Source of the DNA: Candidatus Pyrohabitans jungbluthii
GTDB taxonomy: Archaea > Hydrothermarchaeota > Hydrothermarchaeia > Hydrothermarchaeales > BMS3B
Direction of reading: 5' to 3'
Length of the DNA stretch: 64,000 nucleotides
Assembly (NCBI GenBank): GCA_002010065.2
Contig: MTMD02000002.1
Location: 160,001 to 224,000 of the forward strand
Shown here piece by piece: positions 57,440 to 64,000 of this stretch. The notes under the pieces are model-generated. The model was not told the DNA's origin and made no database searches. It saw only the letters and a program-made list of their open reading frames with translations. The translations under genes and the position numbers were made by a program. Each line of letters begins with the position of its first letter. Position 1 is the first letter of the stretch.

Positions 57440-58867
57440 CTAGCGATCTCTTAGGTAAATTACAGAGACGTTATCAACGTATATCCTTCTCCAAGAGGTA
57501 CTCTCATTAAGGTACAAATCTAAAGCAGTATCTTTATGAATTAGTATTAAAGAAATATTGTATTTTTTCAGTATTTCAGGCGCCTCAGGTTTTAAACTCT
57601 TCACTTTGTAGTACTCCTCGATGAAATCACCATATAGGTCTGCTCTTCCATCCACAAATACTTTATAGGTTGGGTAAAGGCTCCATATCAAATATCCACC
57701 CCACCCGTAGTTGTTGAACATGTTATATTTGCTTAATACCTCCTTATTCTGCAGAAGATATTCTGTAGCGTTCTTTGGAAATTTATCGTAAACTACAGGA
57801 GAATCTTCCAAATATTCCAAACTATTCACATAAAAATTGTATCCAAAGAGCGTTGTACCAATAAGAAGAAAAGCAATGGAGAAGGAAAGAGAAAAAGTTC
57901 TCAAAGCCGGTTGAGGAAGATTTAGCGAGGAAATCCTCTGTTCTACTAAAAGCTGGGCATACTTAAAGATTATCGGAACAACAACTAAAGCATAGATTGC
58001 CGTATTCCTAATGGCGAAGAGTCCAAGATGTGTGAATAGCAGGATCAGTACCATATCCAAAGCGTTTACCCCTTTTGAAAATGCTAGAACTATTATTGAA
58101 AGAAGCAGGACTCCCTCAAAAGCAGAGAAGGTGTGGAAGTTCGGTGATTGCCACTCCAAAATATACTTCGCATGCACACTTTCAGTGGCATATTGCAGGG
58201 GGTAGAGCAGAATTTCGTAGGTATTTGGATTTATTAGAGTTGCCGCTATAGATACAACTAGGATTTTGGACAGGTAGATGCCCTTTTTTCTATCGTGTAC
58301 CAGAGCGTTTAAGGTGTATAGGAAGAGTAAGAGTAAACCGAGTATGAAGCTTCCATGGAGATTGACCCAGATAATCATAATCAGGGGCATGCTCCAGAGA
58401 GTTTTTTTATCCCTTAGAATATAAAGGTCTAAGAGATAAATAGTTAGCGGGATGAACAAAAATATAAAAATTAGCGGTCTGCTAAGCCAGGAAACATGTG
58501 ATATCATCACTATGACTGCTATCGAGAAGACATTAAAGTATCCGTTTAAAAATAGTTGATTTCTTTTGTATATAATAAAAAATGACAGCATCAGCACAAA
58601 TGTCTTCAAAATTATGGGTCCATAAAATCCAAACAGCTTATAAGTAATGTAAAAAATTACCTGGGATAGCCACTCATGATTAGTCCAAGGTTCGCCTGCC
58701 TTCGTGTAGGAGAATATGTCTTTATCGGGTATATCCCAGCTCTGGTAAATTATCTCTCCAGTTTTAAGATGCCACCAGATGTCGTAATTTTTAATCGGTT
58801 GTAATGAGAGCAAGATTATTATAATAAATATTGCAACCGAAAGGATTTTCTGTGGAATCTTTTCCAT
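57440..58867 (-). CDS. multi-pass GT-C-like membrane protein
   Basis: DIWWHLKTG, WTNHEWL, WVNLHGSF, INP, EW.SP, FN.YGWGGYL, FVDGRADLY. Confidence 0.7.
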   Translation of the reverse strand: MEKIPQKILSVAIFIIIILLSLQPIKNYDIWWHLKTGEIIYQSWDIPDKDIFSYTKAGEPWTNHEWLSQVIFYITYKLFGFYGPIILKTFVLMLSFFIIYKRNQLFLNGYFNVFSIAVIVMISHVSWLSRPLIFIFLFIPLTIYLLDLYILRDKKTLWSMPLIMIIWVNLHGSFILGLLLLFLYTLNALVHDRKKGIYLSKILVVSIAATLINPNTYEILLYPLQYATESVHAKYILEWQSPNFHTFSAFEGVLLLSIIVLAFSKGVNALDMVLILLFTHLGLFAIRNTAIYALVVVPIIFKYAQLLVEQRISSLNLPQPALRTFSLSFSIAFLLIGTTLFGYNFYVNSLEYLEDSPVVYDKFPKNATEYLLQNKEVLSKYNMFNNYGWGGYLIWSLYPTYKVFVDGRADLYGDFIEEYYKVKSLKPEAPEILKKYNISLILIHKDTALDLYLNESTSWRRIYVDNVSVIYLRDR

Positions 58868-58933
58868 ATTCAAGTTATCACCACGCTTCAATGATGGACA
58901 TGATTTATTTTTTATATCTTAAAAATATAAATT

Positions 58934-59845
58934 ATGAACCCAACCGCTTCGTATAATAATGGGAAAAATTTCTCTGGGAATAAATTTTGTATTGTGTTCC
59001 TCCTTCTAATAATTACATTCGGTGGATGCACTTATCCATCTGATAACTTTACAGGAAACGTTACGGGTGCAATAACTTTTGCGATTTATGGAGATAGCAG
59101 GGATAACTTCGAGATTCACAGGCAAATAGTTATGAAAATGCAGGAATACCATCCTCTTTTCGTCATACATACAGGAGATTTTGTAAATTCTGGAGATTCT
59201 ATATATGAGTGGAGGAAGTTCGAGGAGATAACCCAAGCATTAAAAATATACCCCACAGTAGGAAATCACGACTATCCCCTTGAAAATTACTTTAAAATAT
59301 TCGGAGTACCATCTTATTACTCTTTAGATTATGAATGCATCCATATGGTAAGTATCAATGCCTTTGAGAACTTATCTCCTGGAAGTCCTCAATATCGTTG
59401 GCTTGAAGAGGACCTAAATACCACTCCTCAATGGAAGTGGAAAATAGTCTTTCTTCATCTCCCTCCATATAGCTCGGGCAAACATGGTTCTAATATTTGG
59501 GTGCGTGAAAACTTAGTACCTCTCTTAGAAAAATACGCTGTCGACTTCGTCTTTTCAGGACATGACCACGGATATGAAAGGAGCTACCCGATTTTGGGAG
59601 GAGAGGTCAATGAGAGCGGTGTTGTGTACTTTGTGAGCGGCGGTGGAGGTGCAGATTTATATGGCTTTGGTTCCAATTGGTGGACAGCAAAGTCAAAAAG
59701 CACCCACCACTTTATTCTCGGTGAAGTCAACCTGACAATAGCGAGATTCATTGCTATTGATGCTCAAGGAAATGTTTTCGACATATATACCAAAGAGAGG
59801 GCGAAGCCCAGAGTTTTGTATACTATACCATATTGTAATGATTAA
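58934..59845 (+). CDS. exported purple-acid-phosphatase-like metallophosphoesterase
   Basis: Lipobox FGGC; YGDS, HTGD, GNHD, HLPPY, SGHDHGYER, SGGGG. Confidence 0.85.
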   Translation: MNPTASYNNGKNFSGNKFCIVFLLLIITFGGCTYPSDNFTGNVTGAITFAIYGDSRDNFEIHRQIVMKMQEYHPLFVIHTGDFVNSGDSIYEWRKFEEITQALKIYPTVGNHDYPLENYFKIFGVPSYYSLDYECIHMVSINAFENLSPGSPQYRWLEEDLNTTPQWKWKIVFLHLPPYSSGKHGSNIWVRENLVPLLEKYAVDFVFSGHDHGYERSYPILGGEVNESGVVYFVSGGGGADLYGFGSNWWTAKSKSTHHFILGEVNLTIARFIAIDAQGNVFDIYTKERAKPRVLYTIPYCND

Positions 59846-61329
59846 TAATAATTTACTACTGCACCTAAAAGATGCGGATCCTTAAATATCATCCCAACAC
59901 TTTCGACAGCCAGATCATGTCTCATAAGCACCTCAATACTAACACCATTTTCTAGGATTTTAAAGTCTTTTACGCAAGGATGATTGGAGAGTTTATTTAT
60001 CTCTTGAGGGGTAACCTTCCTATTTAAAAAAATCACCACTGTTTTATTATCTCCAATTCTACCTGGGGAAACGCCATAAATCCCTCCATTGGAATTTCTA
60101 GCTGCTTTCACGAATTCCAAATTAATTATTTCCCCAAATTTAAATGGTTTATTTGAAGAGAAAGTACCAAATATGAAAGGGCCTTCTTTAAAAATTATCT
60201 TGATTTTAATCCCCTCAGATGAAAATATATTCTCAATTTCTTCTTGGGTTGAAGTTTCAAGAGCAGGAGAATATATGGTAGCATTCCAGACTCTACTCGA
60301 TACTATGCCATAATTTCTAAATCCTTTATACATAATTAAAAAACCTAAGGAAGATGCAGTAACTAACAGAACAATTAAGCATGCGGCGATTCTTATGCGT
60401 AATTTTTTATTTGCTGTCTGGAATGATTTAAAAAGCAGAAAGATAGACAGAATCGTTGGAAATAATAGCAGTGCCTGTGGATTGTTACTATTATCATATG
60501 CTGGAATTTTAAGTAGGACAATTGTGTAAATAACTAAAAGAAAAGGAAGTGTTGAAAATAAGTAAATTAGCGGTATCGAAAGCCAATTTTTTATATTTTC
60601 TTTTTTTGATATTAGGTACACCAAGAATGATAAGTAGGCTCCCAAACTGGCATATGAAAAGGATGTGAAAATTCCTCCATCAATAGATGTTACAAATATC
60701 CCAAAAGCGGGCACAGAGAGGACAAAGTAATGGGTAATGCCATATTCGCTGAGTGTCATATAACCAAGAATAACCCACAGTAAGAAGGACATTATAAGCA
60801 ATACCGCAGTAGCTTTATATACCTCTCCGGGGATAACGTGTGTCCACTCTAGAAAATCCACATTGAAAATTCCGTTGAGATAAAGCATGTCAAGGGCATA
60901 GGCAAGGGTTGGCTTTAATAGATGATGATGAAGCCAGGAATTTGGAGCACTATAACTTAATGAATTTATGGGAATTAAAAATTCTGCAGAATTCGGCAAT
61001 GCACGTGATTCTAATTCATGTTTAAACAAAAAAAATCCAACACCATAAAGCACAAGGTTAGGGAAGAGATATAGTAACATTAAATTTATAGGATTTCCGA
61101 TTCGGATTTCTATCTTTAGTTTATAGGTTATGGATCTTATAAATAAAGGAATTAGAATGAAAATAAAGAAAAACGAAATTTTTAGGCCACTAGATCCGCC
61201 AAAATATGGATACAGGACCATTTGTATGTAGTAAGCTGCCTTAACATCTAGATTAGTTATAATTGCCAGTATCATAACGGATAGAGTCGAAATAAGAATA
61301 AATTTTCCTGACTTAGATGTTTCCTCCAT
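59842..61329 (-). CDS. multi-pass membrane protein, unknown function
   Basis: About 10 hydrophobic helices plus a soluble C-terminal domain; HHHLLK and SIDGG motifs. Confidence 0.65.
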   Translation of the reverse strand: MEETSKSGKFILISTLSVMILAIITNLDVKAAYYIQMVLYPYFGGSSGLKISFFFIFILIPLFIRSITYKLKIEIRIGNPINLMLLYLFPNLVLYGVGFFLFKHELESRALPNSAEFLIPINSLSYSAPNSWLHHHLLKPTLAYALDMLYLNGIFNVDFLEWTHVIPGEVYKATAVLLIMSFLLWVILGYMTLSEYGITHYFVLSVPAFGIFVTSIDGGIFTSFSYASLGAYLSFLVYLISKKENIKNWLSIPLIYLFSTLPFLLVIYTIVLLKIPAYDNSNNPQALLLFPTILSIFLLFKSFQTANKKLRIRIAACLIVLLVTASSLGFLIMYKGFRNYGIVSSRVWNATIYSPALETSTQEEIENIFSSEGIKIKIIFKEGPFIFGTFSSNKPFKFGEIINLEFVKAARNSNGGIYGVSPGRIGDNKTVVIFLNRKVTPQEINKLSNHPCVKDFKILENGVSIEVLMRHDLAVESVGMIFKDPHLLGAVVNYY

Positions 61330-61497
61330 GTTCAATTTAACCCAAATCAATAAGCGCTGAAGTTGTTTTATCACACTTAGTGAAATCAACAATACCCAAT
61401 TTAAAATTTTCCGCACTCTTGTTCATTATCTGAAAGGAAAATTCATATATCTGCAATATTATATGAAATGCCATAACTCACAAAGGAGTAAGATAAA

Positions 61498-62394
61498 ATG
61501 CTAAAAGAACTCATAATTTCGATGAGACCACAGCAATGGTATAAGAACTTAGTTTTATTTGTTGGTATTGTATTCTCCTTAAATCTCTTAAACTTTCAGA
61601 AATGGTTTGATGTAATTTCTGCATTTATTATATTTTGCATACTTTCCGGGAGTGAGTACATTATTAATGACATTTTAGACATAGAAAAGGATAGGAAGCA
61701 TCCCAAAAAGAGGAACAGACCAATTGCTTCAGGAGAGTTAAAAGTATCTCATGCTCTGTTATTTGCGGTAATATTGATTTTTGTAGGGGTATTGGGCGCC
61801 TATTTAATAAATATGTTATTTTTTGCAGTTTCAATAGCATATATTCTGTTAATCCTCTCATATTCGATGTTTCTGAAAAATATCATAATAGTTGATTTGC
61901 TGGTTATTTCTATTGGCTTTGTCATAAGAGCAGTTGCCGGATGCCTAGCTATAAATGTATTTATTTCTCCTTGGCTAATAATTTGTGCTTTTTTACTGGC
62001 TTTATTTTTAGCACTTTGTAAAAGGAGGCATGAATTGACATTACTTGGAGAAGAAGCTAGAAATCACCGTAAAATTCTTGGAGAATATTCGTCTAAAATG
62101 CTTGATCAGATGATTAATATCACTACTGCTGCATTAATCATGTCATATTTCTTATACACCTTTCTTGCAGATAATATTTGGATGATGATAACAATTCCTT
62201 TGGTATTATACGGTCTTTTCAGATATATGTTTTTGGTTTATGTAAAGAACATTGGGGGAGAACCGGAAATGCTGTTTAAGGATAAAGGAATGTTGATTAG
62301 TATAATTTTGTGGGTTGTTTTAGTTGTTATGATACTCTATGGTGCTCATTATGGAGTTTTAAGCATGGATTTGTACAGTTTAACAAAAACTTGA
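61498..62394 (+). CDS. UbiA-family decaprenyl-phosphate phosphoribosyltransferase-like protein
   Basis: MRPQQWYKN, YIINDILDIEKDRKHPKKRNRPIASG, GFVIRAVAG, LCKRRHE, YGLFRY. Confidence 0.88.
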   Translation: MLKELIISMRPQQWYKNLVLFVGIVFSLNLLNFQKWFDVISAFIIFCILSGSEYIINDILDIEKDRKHPKKRNRPIASGELKVSHALLFAVILIFVGVLGAYLINMLFFAVSIAYILLILSYSMFLKNIIIVDLLVISIGFVIRAVAGCLAINVFISPWLIICAFLLALFLALCKRRHELTLLGEEARNHRKILGEYSSKMLDQMINITTAALIMSYFLYTFLADNIWMMITIPLVLYGLFRYMFLVYVKNIGGEPEMLFKDKGMLISIILWVVLVVMILYGAHYGVLSMDLYSLTKT

Positions 62395-62593
62395 AAACTA
62401 TGATGATAAATCTGTTCCACCTATGGTAGAAATGTTCTATTTTTATCCTTAACACTGGGAGGTTTAAAAAAAGTTGGAGCGGTTTCCTTTAACTCTTGGG
62501 ATAATCTGTATTTTTATATTGAAAGTGCTAAATGAAAAATTTGGATATACACGAACATGGTAGTTGAATGTTTTAATAAAGGCTATATTATAA

Positions 62594-63550
62594 ATGGTGG
62601 GAAAGATGGAAATAAGGAACAAAATAATAATTTCATTACTAAGTGCTGTTGCGATATATACGACCCTTTCAATTTATGCAGACATTAATGATCTGATTAT
62701 CGTTTTTAGGGGCTTTAAATGGACATATATCCCTTTGATACTAGTACTAACCTTTTTGAACTATGTATTAAGATTTTTCAAGTGGGATTATTATTTAAGA
62801 TGCTTAAAAATCAACATAAGCAGGAGAGATAGTATGGCAATATTCTTAAGTGGATTATCTATGTCTGTTACTCCGGTAAAGTTGGGGGAGGCATTTAAAT
62901 CTTATCTATTAAAAGAATTGAATGGTGTTGAAATGAGTAAGACACTTCCGATTATATTTGCAGAACGTTTTACAGATTTAATTGGATTAATAATATTGGC
63001 TTCAATTGGATATTCTGTTTTCAAATACGGTAAAGAAGTACTTATAACTACAATTTTTGTTATTTCTATAATAATTATGATAATCCAGTCAGAAAAAATG
63101 TTTATAAAGTTAATAAATTTTAATTTTCCCTTTATATCAAGATTTACAGAAACAGTACAAAACTTGTATTTAAGTACCCATACACTCTTCAAAATAAAGA
63201 ATTTAACTATTGTAGTAGGAATAAGCGTTTTATCGTGGTTTTTCGAATGTTTAGCTTTGTTTTTGGTTATTGAGGGATTTGGACTAGAGATTTCCCTACT
63301 TTTACCTGTTTTCGCCTTCAGTTTTTCCACTATAGTAGGAGCGGTGAGCATGATTCCTGGAGGGTTAGGCGTCACTGAAGGTAGCATGGTGGGAATTTTG
63401 ATTTTCAGTGGTATTACCAAGACCGTTGCAATCGCTTCAACTCTGATAATCAGATTTTGCACCCTTTGGTTTGGTGTTTTAATTGGACTTTTTACGCTGT
63501 CTATTTTATCTATTTATGGTTTTAAATATGGTTTTAAAATAAAAGGGTGA
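62594..63550 (+). CDS. flippase-like (LPG synthase TM) membrane protein
   Basis: LRFFKW, TPVKLGE, ERFTD, PGGLGVTE, IRFCTLWF. Confidence 0.85.
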   Translation: MVGKMEIRNKIIISLLSAVAIYTTLSIYADINDLIIVFRGFKWTYIPLILVLTFLNYVLRFFKWDYYLRCLKINISRRDSMAIFLSGLSMSVTPVKLGEAFKSYLLKELNGVEMSKTLPIIFAERFTDLIGLIILASIGYSVFKYGKEVLITTIFVISIIIMIIQSEKMFIKLINFNFPFISRFTETVQNLYLSTHTLFKIKNLTIVVGISVLSWFFECLALFLVIEGFGLEISLLLPVFAFSFSTIVGAVSMIPGGLGVTEGSMVGILIFSGITKTVAIASTLIIRFCTLWFGVLIGLFTLSILSIYGFKYGFKIKG

Positions 63551-63554
63551 GGGA

Positions 63555-64000
63555 ATGATAAGGGTGACATTGTTAAGACATTGGCCGCTAATTATATCAG
63601 TGGGATTCCTTTTGGCAATAATAGCGGTATTGCTAAATGCTTCTCTTATTTATACTCATGGACATCTTGTCTACGCTCTTGATGACCCTTATATTCACAT
63701 GGCTATGGCAAAAAATTTTGCTCAACATGGGGTTTGGGGTGTGACTAAATATGAGTTTTCATCCTCATCCTCATCGTTACTTTATCCATTATTGCTATTC
63801 GTAATATTTTTCTTATTTGGGGTAAACGAAGCTGTTCCGCTTGTATTAAATGTTGTATTTGCAACACTCACAACGTATCTGATTTATATTTTACTTAAAC
63901 AATACAAATTTCCATCCATCTACAATTTTATTGTTCTGCTCTCGATAATATTCTTCACACCTTTTCCTGCGATTATATTTACCGGTATGGAACATATGTT
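63555..64000 (+). CDS. GT-C-type glycosyltransferase-like membrane protein, 3'-truncated by window edge
   Basis: ATG at 63555; TM helix then YALDDPYIHMAMAKN, SSSSSLLY and TGMEH. Open to the window end. Confidence 0.7.
   Translation, partial: MIRVTLLRHWPLIISVGFLLAIIAVLLNASLIYTHGHLVYALDDPYIHMAMAKNFAQHGVWGVTKYEFSSSSSSLLYPLLLFVIFFLFGVNEAVPLVLNVVFATLTTYLIYILLKQYKFPSIYNFIVLLSIIFFTPFPAIIFTGMEHM

Overview
This is an archaeal chromosomal window, gene-dense and moderately GC-rich from 1 to ~54,240, then visibly AT-rich to the end. GGAGGTG ribosome-binding sites, TATA/BRE promoters, dph2, cdhAB, an F420-binding FrhB/FpoF-like protein and an archaeal RecJ-like nuclease point to an anaerobic, probably thermophilic euryarchaeote-type organism. 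Gene content is compatible with Hydrothermarchaeota or an Archaeoglobi-like lineage (inference only). Housekeeping and metabolic genes include ilvD, argB, coaD, two truD paralogs, tatD, dph2, ubiX/ubiD, a nickel ECF transporter with a NikR-like operator, amtB-glnK, pstSCAB-arsC-phoU, alaX and vapBC. The AT-rich end is a membrane glycosylation island (GT2, GT-C-like proteins, flippase-like proteins, UbiA-type polyprenyl-phosphate phosphoribosyltransferase). No tRNA, rRNA, CRISPR array, integrase or transposase was recognised. The best leads are: (1) an frhB/fpoF-cdhA-cdhB operon with no ACS genes, a candidate F420-coupled CO dehydrogenase; (2) a promoter- and terminator-flanked ~60-nt hairpin just downstream of it carrying two anti-Shine-Dalgarno motifs; (3) a radical SAM/SPASM + GNAT + two membrane-anchored SRPBCC cluster beside a YeiH/USP operon; (4) an RHH-AlkP-CysD-like operon sharing an LRxLGY tail; (5) a Clostridium-type CWB2 surface protein; (6) a vapBC cassette bounded by 16-bp direct repeats. 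All calls come from motif reading by eye; no database searches were run.
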